64,000 nucleotides of DNA from Eledone cirrhosa (taxonomy: Eukaryota), in the NCBI GenBank assembly GCA_964016885.1, contig OZ024741.1, positions 136,338,001-136,402,000 of the forward strand, in the 5' to 3' direction. Numbering within the stretch: position 1 is the stretch's first letter; the number at the start of each line of letters is the position of its first letter. Made by a program: the position numbers and the translations under genes. Below, one piece after another: positions 52,866 through 64,000 of this stretch. The notes below the pieces were generated by a model. The model saw only the letters and a list, made by a program, of their open reading frames with translations, was not told where the DNA came from and searched no databases.

Positions 52866-53933
52866 GTACATACATACATATATACTTTCATATCATACTT
52901 TTCTCACTAGCATTCTCTCCCCTCTCTGTCTCTGTATGTATGCTTATATATATATACACACACACACACACACTATCAGCCTAGTTTATTCGAAATGTGT
53001 ACCGCTTTGCTATGGTCGAATCCCTATGCATGTGCTCCGAAATGAATTACCCACGCACGTGGTATCATTAACGTTGAGCAGTTCTATAGGAAGGAAGATT
53101 GAAAAATTACGTTGGCCTCTGCACCTCTGGCACCCTATCGATCTCAATTCCTTATTATATATATTACGATTTCGACACCTTCCAACGGTGACTGGCAGGA
53201 TTCGCTGCGACCAACAGATGGTCGGGTTATTTTCTCTCATAATCTAACACAAGTTTTCATTACCTCATCCATGCAGCGATCGCAGCAAACATTCTGCAGC
53301 TGTAGCCATTACAACTTTGCAGGAATTATTTTCTTTTACCTTTTGTTTAGGATTCGTTCATTGTTCTTAGCTTTAGTCATTGACGTGCTTCGATCATAGC
53401 CATGATGAATCGTCTGCTGCTTTAGTCTGCAGTTTTTAAATCACTGCTCTCTTCCACATTCTAAATCTAATATATATCGGCTGTGAAGTTTGCGTCGCGC
53501 TAATGAGGTCTCGGAATCGATCTTACGGTGTAGCATTTGGTAGATGGAAACTATTTGGAAGCCCATCGGATGAGCGGTACCTGTAATTCACAGAGCAAGC
53601 CGTTCCACACTCTATCTGCCGCTTAATTTTTATGAGAATTATATTAAGGATACACGTGTCTATGGACTTCTCGTTCACTTACTCATTCATTTCATGTACA
53701 GGATAGGTGTGTGCGTGCATTCATATTTATCTATGTCTAAATAAGTGTGTCATATATTTTAGCTTTTGTAATATATTTTAGCTTTTGTAATATATTTTAT
53801 AGCATGACTCGTTAATATTTTAAGGCCTGTTTTATATAATTCCTTTCCATCATTATTTTAATAAATTATTCATAGCTTTAAAATATCAACAATTTCAAAA
53901 TGTTACTGCGAATAACCTGTAAATTTGTATTTG

Positions 53934-53994
<61 letters not shown>

Positions 53995-54175
53995 TTATAT
54001 ATACGCATAGATATGATGATAGACTAAAGTTGATGCCCCACAATGGCTGTAGTCACATGAATGAATCCATCAAAGAAGATAAGAACACAGCAGATATATT
54101 AAAAGAGCATGTCTGTTTCTGTATGAATTATTAATAGTCTAGAATATTAGATATCTGTATGTTATTTTGTTTTTG

Positions 54176-54222
<47 letters not shown>

Positions 54223-54737
54223 GTTTGTTTGTATAGCTCTTCAACAAATGTTAAGATAGGACGTGTCCTGGGGGTACCACGTTTCACTTGCTATGTTTAT
54301 ATATATAGAATTGTCATATCATCTGGAGGATTCGTGTCACCCGCAGTACTTAGGTTGCTTAATACATTGCGTTTCATATACAGGGAAGAATAGTATTTTC
54401 ATATGAAGTGGTTGAAATGTTTCGCATATTCCACAAACAATATCTTTCTACCAGAAAGGATTTCAAATCTCCTGTTGTCTTGTGTTGTATCTCAATTGAA
54501 ACGGAAGGAAGTCATATAAACAGTCGTATAAATGGAAGACATAGAAGGCCATTGACTGGCAATATTGACAGACAGCTATGTGGTACAGGCAATGTGACCA
54601 TACTTCTGTCACTGCTGCAACCTTCTATTGCTGCTGCTGTTGATGATGATGACGATAATTCCTTTCTTTATTAACTGCAAAGCTTTATATATACAGACAC
54701 ATATACACACATACATATACATGCATGTATGCATCTG

Positions 54738-54822
54738 TACATACATACATACATACATACATACATACATACATACATACATACATACATACATACATAC
54801 ATACATACATACATACATACAT
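54738..54822. repeat. (ACAT)n microsatellite
   Basis: Direct inspection. Confidence 0.97.
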
Positions 54823-54861
54823 GGATGTATCTATCCATATAAACACCATGAATATACTGAA

Positions 54862-55075
54862 GGCGTGTGGCTGAGTGGTTAGAGAGTTGGATTCACAATC
54901 TTGAGGTTGTAGGTACGATTCCAGGACCGGGCGATGTATTATGTCCTTGGGCAAGACACTTTATTTTACATTGCTCCTTCTACCAGGAGTTGCGACCGAT
55001 AGATAGTACTAGCAACTTGAAAGACTGACGGAAACATTGTTTCCTCGGTCCGATTTGACGAAAGTCGATCGATCC
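54862..55075 (+). mobile_element. tRNA-derived SINE family 2
   Basis: Homologous to 7375-7590 over its full length. Confidence 0.85.
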
Positions 55076-55387
55076 TTTTTATATACGAAAAAAGCTCGGC
55101 CGGGACCATGAGGAGAACGACATATTAGGGTAGGAGTATGGTAGCAGTCTTTAGACGAAAGGGTTAATAACGCTGACACACACAACAGTATATGAAATAC
55201 GAGGTCATTGTAAATTAGCTCTGAAATTTGTATTCACTTTCGATTTTTTATATAATTGATTGTTATACTTAATATCATAAAAAGCAGGAGAATCTCTAAA
55301 CGAAATCCAGCATCAAAGCAATTTTGATGTAGTTATTATGCAAACATAATTCAATGTCTACCAAGTACAATACTGTTCACATATCAG

Positions 55388-55389
<2 letters not shown>

Positions 55390-55436
<47 letters not shown>

Positions 55437-55896
55437 ATATATATATACACTCACATATATATATATAATATATATACACACACACACATATACATATATA
55501 TAATATATATATACACACACATATATATATATAATATATATACACACACATATATATATATATATATAATATATATACACACACATATATATATATATAT
55601 AATATATATACACACACATATATATATATATATATAATATATATACACACATACACATATATATATATAATATATATACACACACATATATATATATATA
55701 TAATATATATACACACATACACATATATATATATATAATATATATACACACACACACATATATATATATATAATATATATACACACACACATATATATAT
55801 ATAATATATATACACACACATATATATATAATATATATACACACACATATATATATAATATATATATGCACACACATATATATATAATATATATAT

Positions 55897-55938
<42 letters not shown>
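55390..55938. repeat. (CA)n/(TA)n compound satellite
   Basis: Recurrent (CA)n(TA)nATATATAT units. Confidence 0.95.
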
Positions 55939-55942
<4 letters not shown>

Positions 55943-56838
55943 GGGAGGGGGGGGGGGGCTTCAGCAGTTTGATTCGATCATATCCCACTCACAAGGCATT
56001 GTTGAACCGGATACTATAGTTACTATAGCATCTAGCTCTTTGGCCAAGTATCTTTTACTATAGTGTAGTAGAAAGTAAATGATCCAGGAACCACGTAAGG
56101 GGACAGAACCCAGAACCCCGTGATTGTGAAGCGAATTATTTAACCACACGTTTGGGTCTAATGCTGTATAATTTCGCATAAAACTGTTTAAGTTGTGTTG
56201 ATGAAATTTTTGTCTCAGGGGAAATGAAAGAATGGTGGTGTGGAAGGCAGATCCAAATATTTCTAATAATGTCGACATAATCTACTGCCAATGTTTTATG
56301 CGACTGTTGCTATTGCTATTGTTGTTGTTGTTGTTGTAATCACACACATTATTGCAGTTCCTGTTATTGCTATTGCTGGTTCTGTTACTGATGTTGTTGT
56401 GGCTTCTATTGTTGTTGTTGCTATTAAAGAGTGGCAGAAGAGCTATAGATATTCTGACGAAATACACTAGCATTATGGCAGTGAGATCTCAGCTAAACGA
56501 CCGGATATTGTTGTCGGGGATCATGGTTGTCAAGATATATTTACGAATCCTAACAGACTGTAAGAAATGGAGAAAATATCCAAATATAAACGTTCACAAT
56601 TTCAGAGACGTGTCATTGAAAGGGTTGCATCCAGCTTCTCTCTGTTTAAATATAGGTCTCTGGGATAAATATAAACAGAATGGGAACAGTGAAAATAGAA
56701 GCAATTTGTGTATTAATAGTATTAATAGGCCCATTGCTAATGATTTAAACCAGAATCCGCGGAGCTGTACTAGTACATAGCATACAGAGTATAGCACAAC
56801 TACGTTCTTCACACGTTATACGAAATATCAGAATGATT

Positions 56839-57283
56839 GTTTCTAATTTAAGCACAACGCCAGTAATTTGGATGGAAGGGAAATGACGATTATATTAACA
56901 CCTGTACTTGACTACGACATTATTTTATCGATTCTGGAGGAATGAAAAGCAATGTTACTTCAAAAGATATTAAACATAGAACGGAAAGAGTCGGAACAAA
57001 TGCTGCATAGTATTTTGTTCTATGCTCTACCGAATTTTTCAATTCCACGCTGCGTTGAAAAGGTTTTTAGTTTAGACATGCGGCCATGAGTTTAGAGGGA
57101 GAAATAAATTGATTAGGTTGACACCAGTTCCTGACTGGAACCTTATTTCATCGACTCGGGAAGGATGAATAAATGGCAAAATTCACCTCGGTGGAATTTG
57201 ACAACCAGACGTAAAAAGCCAGTCGGAAGAAATGCTGCCGGGCATTTTCTCGGACACTCTAAAAATTCTGCCAATCCACCTTC
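56839..57283 (-). mobile_element. Two degenerate tandem family-1 SINEs
   Basis: Decayed core and 3' motifs on the minus strand. Confidence 0.65.
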
Positions 57284-57946
57284 CTACATAATATCGATAT
57301 GAGAATATGAGCTTTAAGAATTTAGATATCGTTCTAGAGTTTGCAGAACACAATTTGTCATCCATGTATTTTCATAAAACTCAGTTTGAATCTCGTGCTT
57401 TCTGAAGCTAAGACTTCGAAGTACTGTTTGGTTTTGTGATAACTGTGAACACACAGACACATTTTCAATATGTTGTTAAATTCATTATCGATTTAGAAAT
57501 TAGCCTTCTGCAGCGAATATTAATATCACCATGATTTTATCGGTTGCATTCATGTCTCTGATCATTTTCTTGTCTGGTTCTGACAACTGATAATGCCTCA
57601 TTTATTGTAAACAAGGACATAACATTGTGGCTGATCATTTGACAAGACGTGATTAGCATGTCTTAAACTTGATCTAAAGAGTGTGCTGAAATGTTCACAT
57701 ACTCTCCCCACGACAAGAGAAAATCATGTTAACCAGTAAAACTAAGCAAAAATAAATTGTCTAAAGATGTTACGTTAACCAGTTGTGTAATGGACGACAA
57801 TGTTACAAGCGTTAGTTTCGAAATAAAGTAGCTTAAATTCAATCCAGTCCAGTACAATATATGTATTCTAGAATGGAATACTTGCAATCGAACCGATCGG
57901 CACGTAGAGTGAGGATAAATATTATCAATATGTTAATACTATAATC

Positions 57947-57994
<48 letters not shown>

Positions 57995-58117
57995 AATGTG
58001 CGTGTGTGTGTTTGTTTGTGTGTCTGTGTGTGTGTGTGTGTGAACAACCAGATAAACACAGAAATACGCTCGATTTTGCACTGAGAGCATATACTAGAAG
58101 GGATGGTAACAATAATT

Positions 58118-58298
58118 GTTTCTACTTTTGGCACATGGCCAGCAATTATCCCAGTGCATTACTAGTACTTTATTTTATCAACCACGTAAGGATGAAAGGT
58201 AAAGCTAACCTCAGCGGGATTTGAACTCAGAATGTAAAGAACGGGTAACTATATGCCGCAAAGCATGTTGTTTTTCGCTCAAAGCAAATTGACTCGCC
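58118..58298 (-). mobile_element. Family-1 SINE
   Basis: Core and 3' end match the consensus. Confidence 0.85.
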
Positions 58299-58574
58299 GT
58301 TTTACACTTTTATACAAAATCTACAACAGAGGCCAAGCGGACCTCGGCGCAGTTTTGGTCTATCAATTTTTATTGACATTGCAGTAGTCACTTACAACAA
58401 AAGTATTTTACAGTGAGATCTAACCCAGAACAGCAGAGATGTATAGTGACTGTTGTATACAGATGGCTCTACCTGTGCCTATAAAACGTAGTTATAACTA
58501 AAATGTTTCTTTGTTAGCTCTAATTGTGTGCCCGGTTCACTTATTAGAAATTCAGGCTCAATGATAGATGGTAT

Positions 58575-59530
58575 GCAGACTCGCAATACAGAAGACCTGA
58601 AGAAGATAGAAGCCTAGTATTCCTACTGTCACCTTCTAACCAACCCAAACAAGACCACTGTGACAGCCTTCCATCTCAACACCAGACAAGCTAGGACAGA
58701 ACTAAAGGTCTCTTGTGGTAGACCTGTCAAAAATGACCCACACTCCATATATATTGGTGTAACATTGGATTACAGCACGACCTACCGAGAGCACCGAAAG
58801 AGGGTTGCCGGAACGCTCAAGACCAGGATTAATATCATCCGCAATTTAGCAGGAAATAGTTAAGGGTCTAATGCACATACACTCCGAACTGCGTGCAGAG
58901 CACTGTTAATTGGTCAAGGCAGGGAGCTGCCATGCCAAATAAGTTGACACCATCCTCAACTCAGCAAAGAGAATAGTATATTTCACACTTCAATCTACAC
59001 CTACTAAGTGGTTGCCTACCCTTTGTCATATAGCTTCTTCTGCCATGCTGCGTCAGGAGATGTTCCCCGACTCACTACTTCTTATAAAGTCCCAAGGTGA
59101 CCTTCCCATCTATAAATACCTGGAAAACCTTTCCAACATGTGCTTGAAATCACTCAAGGCAATAACTTTGAAGAGTGGCGAAGATCATGGAATGAGTCAA
59201 ACCTTGCCAATCAATAACTAATCCATGACCCCACATCTAAACCACTAGCCTTAACCTTCCTAGAAAGCAATGGGTGTCCCTTAATCGGATCTGCACAACA
59301 CATACCAGGACAGCCCATCATCTCCATCTATGGAAAATGAAAGACAGCCCAGCTTGTGACTGTGGGAATCCTGACCAGACAGTGCTGCATGTTGTTCGGG
59401 ATTGCCCCTCAGACGTTTACCCGGCGACTAGGAGGCAGACAATAATACTACAAATGATGCCTTAGTCTGGCTCACCAATCTCGATCTGTGTCTCTAACCA
59501 GTGTGCATATGTCATACGACAAAAAGAAGA
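58575..59530 (+). pseudogene. Degenerate Vingi/Ingi-like LINE 3' part
   Basis: TAFHLNTRQA..LKV...YIGVTLD...RINIIRNLAG..*GSNAHTLRTA; WLPTLCHIA; LNRI...LHLWKMKDSPACDCGNPDQTVLHVVRDCP; ends CATACGAC + A-rich tail. Confidence 0.8.
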
Positions 59531-60303
59531 TTGTATTTTATAAGTTACGTTATTGTATATGAATTATTTAAGACGTTTTCATGTTAGAAATATCTATAAA
59601 CTAATTTCCGCTTAAAACAGTAAAATGTTTTCGATGAAATACGAGAATGTAGTTTGTTACTGAAAATAAGACATTCGAAAACCACTCTACCCAAGTGCAC
59701 AACCGAGTCAAAATGAAAGTTATTAAAAGAAATGGAAACTATAAACAGACTAGCTATTTCTTCTGTACAATTTCCCTATAATAAAATGGTAACTTTTAGA
59801 TCTATATTACCGAATGAAAGTGAAAACTAAAATTGTCACATGCCATAAAATGCTGCAGCTTAAAACTGGTGTGAACTAAATGTGTTTTCCTTGAGAATAA
59901 ACGAAAAGTGGGTGTTTCAGGAAATTTGTGTTTATATATGCAAGAAGCAATATTAGAGATTTATGTCTGTAGTAGAATATCGGTTATTACTATTAAAAAG
60001 GTTAACGTTAAAGTCTGTTACGGAGCATGGAAGCTCAACTCCGGTTTCATTAGTGTTAAACGAGGGAAAGTACAGAGACCCGTTTATCGCAGTGCTAACA
60101 CCCAGCTACTGCTAGCACTCAGTAGTATTTACTGGAATAACGGGCCAGAAAATCCAGGAATCGAAACCCTAACATTACGATCATAAGCTAAGCACCCTAA
60201 CCAATAAGTTACATACATTCACTTTTTATGATTAAACATATTTCCCCCTCCTCAAAAAAATATAGATTATAGCAAATAGAAGAAAGTAGTATCTCATAAT
60301 AGA

Positions 60304-61535
60304 TTATAAAAGGCTATGTTCTTTACATACTGATATTACAGCTCCCCAGACAACCACTACCAAAGCATGATTTAGTTGAAGAATTAACTCACATTAATTT
60401 CCATTGGAAAGAGAGAGACCATACACAAGAAAATCCCTGTGCACGAACATAAAGTTTTTTTTTTCTAAACAATACGAAACCACATTAAAACACGAAGTAG
60501 AAACTTATAAGAATGTTAGTTATTTCTTTTTTAGCCCCAAGGCGAACCCTACATCTTGTGAATCTATTGTCAAAGATATTCCAGCCGTAACAAATGTGGG
60601 TTATCGCTCTTGAAATATATTGATTAAATATCATAAGTTGTGCGGAAATACCGAACAAGGATACAACAGAACACAAACAAAATAAAACAAACATGTTTAC
60701 AATAAAACCACCAATATTTAATAGCAGTTTAACAATATCCATTATTAATGCTATTTAAAAACAGTTCACCCATGTGTATTATTTAATATTTAGCAATAAA
60801 AAGTAATATCCACCAATCCAGGATGTATTCGGAATATCATTGCATGCGTTTAATGTGAGCGCCATACGAAAATAAAGTTTCAAATGTGTTAGAACCGGTG
60901 TCTTCTCAAATGGATAGCCTCCACAAATATTGTTGTCTTGTACTGCTAGCGTCTATCAAAACAAAACGAAAAGAGAAAATTTGACCCGTGACAACACATT
61001 GAGCTGTTAAATACATTATACCAGTAGTGGACTTGTGCCGTCAATAATGACAACAATAGAATTCATGGAGTCCAGAATTGGTATGGTATATATACCAGGA
61101 TTATACGAACAAACATTGATGAAAACAAATGTTTTCATTACTTAATAATTCGCTTAAGCATAATCCAGGTGCATGTTCATAAACGAAATTCGGAAATGAT
61201 TAAAAATAAAGATGATATTCTAATTTCTATGTAGGATATAATTTGAGTGTTTGAGTATGTAAATTGTAAAGATTTACAGATAGAGATATTTATAAATAAA
61301 TATGCAAAAACACACCCACACACGGTGGTATCCGAAACACCTAGCCGCAAATAGTTATAAAAGGCTATGTTCTTTACATACTGATTTACAGCTTCCCAGA
61401 CAACCACTACCAAAGCATGATTTAGCTGAAGAATTAGCTCACATTAATTTCCATTGGAAAGAGAGAGACCATACACAAGAAAATCTCTTTGCACGAATAT
61501 AAAGTTTTTTTTTTCTAAACAATACGAAACCACAT
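60304..61535 (+). repeat. About 180-bp dispersed direct repeat (60304-60485 / 61355-61535)
   Basis: Near-identical copies about 1.05 kb apart. Confidence 0.92.
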
Positions 61536-61800
61536 GTTTCAATCAATCTTTGCATTGCTGAGTTGATACGAGAAATAAATGATTTCGCTCAAAAACACAA
61601 CGTGCCACTCGGTCCACGAATGTGTTATTGTGAATTAAACACGTAACCACTAGGCCATGTCACAGAAGTTGAAATGAACAGGTAGTATCAGTAATGGAAA
61701 AAATACAATTGGTCCGATCCACTACGTAATGTAGCACGACCATGCTTGCTCAAGGGAAACGTGAAGTGAAGTGAGCTGTGAGTTTGTATATACCAGTATA

Positions 61801-61844
<44 letters not shown>

Positions 61845-62266
61845 AGAGAGAGAAAAGCTGCACTGTATTTTTGACTCAAGAAATGTTAGTCTGATAGTGG
61901 GGTTTAGAACCCTTTAAGAAATGGAAAAAGATGAGTATTGACGTACACACTCACATATATTCATATTGAAAAAGGAAACAGAAAGACGAAAATTGAACAC
62001 AGAACGACGAAACCAACAAGACCGAATGATGGATAAATTGAGAATATTAGTAAAAGGCTGAAATAAGTATATATATATTATATATGAGAGATACAATTAA
62101 ATTAAATTCGGTATCCTGTTGTTAACTTCCCAACTTGTATTTCGTAACCTTCATTCAACCTGGTATAATCAGACATGATACATCCCATCAAAAGAACATG
62201 CTCCAATTTCATATCGGGTAGGATTATTATTATTATTAGTAGTAGTATTAGTAGTAGAAGTAAAAG

Positions 62267-62604
62267 TGTGGTGGTTTGGAAGAATCGTTAGATGAAATGT
62301 TTTGTATTTCGTTGTAGCCCCTTACGTTCTGGTTTCTCATCCCAACAAGTTTAGTTTTACCTTTCAACCTTGCAGGGTCGACAAAATAAAGTACCCTTAA
62401 TGCACTGTGGCCGATTTAATCGACTTTCCCCTCCCAAAACATTGTTGGTCCTGGGCCTAAATCAGAAAGCATTTGGCAGTATCGGTAGAGGGTCGGACGC
62501 CATGCTTTGCAGCATAGTTACGGCCCTTTATGATCTGAGTTCAAATCCCACCGAAGTTAACTTTGCCTTTCATCTTTACTGGCCTTGTGCCTATATAAGA
62601 AACC
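62267..62604 (+). mobile_element. Two tandem family-1 SINEs (second internally deleted)
   Basis: A/B boxes, core and CTGGCCTTGTGCC...AGAAACC end. Confidence 0.8.
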
Positions 62605-63832
62605 ATTATTAGAAGACAAAAACAAAACAAAAAAAAATAAATGTCCCTGTCAGAAATCTTCGAAATATATTGCTAAGCAACATGATTTCATGAAGCACAC
62701 GCTCACCAATATTAAGAATAATGAGTTGCTCTACGAAATGTTTGAAAAACTGAGGTAAACCCATGGAATATATCAAAGGGCAGGGATAAAAAGGATTACA
62801 GCTGATAGCTCTTTTGACAACAAATGAATTGTGCGAAGAGATAAAGAAAATGTGGATGTATTTTATTGATGAATTCTCCAGCTGATGGTAATCATTTTCA
62901 GCTGATTTGACGAGAGTAACGTATAATGAAGTGTTTTGCCATCCGTACATGATATCGAACCCGTGACATTACCTGCCTAAAGACAACACCCCCTTCACTA
63001 GAAATAAATTATTAAAATTCCCCTGCTATAGAATTCCTTAATGCAATCCATAAAATGCAAATTACCCAGTTTGTATGATTGTTTATATGTCCGGTTATCC
63101 TGGTATATATGACATAAACAATCCTAAACAACAAAAAATTAAATAAGTTTTGCAGTGTAGGTTCGTGGCCTAGTGGTAAGTATGATGAACTTACGATCTT
63201 AATGTCATGGGATTGATTCGTAGATTGCTCAAGTAAACTTACCTGAAAATGAGTACTGGTAGTAGCTGTGGAGTTAACCATGTGATCGTCCAGAGGTACG
63301 AGTCTTGTACTTTCAGTCCCTTCATGCGGCAGAAACCGAGTTAAGCACTGGCCGGGTGAGCTTTCGGGCTAAAAACAGACTTTCGATTATCTATTGCCAA
63401 TATTGAGGGTGCTTGTACATATACACACACAACACACACAGGCACACAGGCACGCATACATACATCTTTTTGTTAAGTAGACAATTGATTGATCATGCTA
63501 TACATATGATTTGAGGTGATGAACACATGATCAATCATGTTGGCTACTTCGTAGAAAGTTTGACAGGGTTTAGACCAGGAATAATTTGAAGTAAAATACA
63601 TAGAATCTGACACTTAAACAGTATATGGTGAATATAAACATGATCCATGAATTTGAACTTATGTTTTCATTATATCATCCATGCGATCTCAGATATTTTT
63701 CAAAAAAAAAACACACACACACGCACATATAATAGGGTTGTATTATTTGGCTCTGTGAACTCACCACAGATATGTCAGTAGCAATGTATATTTTTACATG
63801 CTTTTGTGTATATATACACACACACATATATA

Positions 63833-63900
<68 letters not shown>

Positions 63901-63932
63901 TGACGAAACTATGAACTCATAATCCTTTATTT

Positions 63933-63988
63933 ACTGCTATATATATTTAGATGATAGCCATTGAATGACTATGGCCTCATCAGGCAGT
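63933..63988 (-). ncRNA. Hammerhead ribozyme relic (related to family D), core GAAA to UAAA
   Basis: ACUGC-CUGAUGA-GGCCAUAGUCA(uuca)AUGGCUAUCAUC-UAAA-UAUAUA-UA-GCAGU; next to (TA)n; probably inactive. Confidence 0.7.
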
Positions 63989-64000
63989 TAGTCAGTTCTT

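Noticed and set aside
53050-53460. Possible degraded Dong/R4 fragment on the minus strand; similar hint at 62640-62870
   Set aside because: Only scattered short motif resemblances.
55155-55167. GACGAAAGGGTTAA, a piggyBac-like terminus
   Set aside because: I found no matching opposite terminus in the window.

Overview
AT-rich eukaryotic non-coding DNA, probably intronic or intergenic. The repeat types (long (TA)n tracts, tRNA-derived SINEs with a Deu/Nin-type core, a Dong/R4 LINE, RTE, Vingi and Penelope-like relics) suggest a cephalopod, most likely an octopus; this is an inference. I found no convincing host protein-coding gene, and the many (YI)n ORFs are microsatellite artefacts. The only long real ORF is a nearly intact Dong/R4-type RLE non-LTR retrotransposon (24035-28641; one in-frame stop; 19-bp TSD). 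The most striking hidden signal is a dense set of type I hammerhead ribozyme (HHR) motifs: about 10 complete or near-complete, plus about 9 short elements retaining mainly the ribozyme's 3' part, from several unrelated families. Most lie in Penelope-like pseudo-LTR (pLTR) fragments and small fold-back elements embedded in (TA)n. One family has a compensatory U3-A8 core, one copy is truncated at the predicted cleavage site, and unrelated families share a TATTGAGTAC tail motif. All structures were folded by eye; no search or computation was run.
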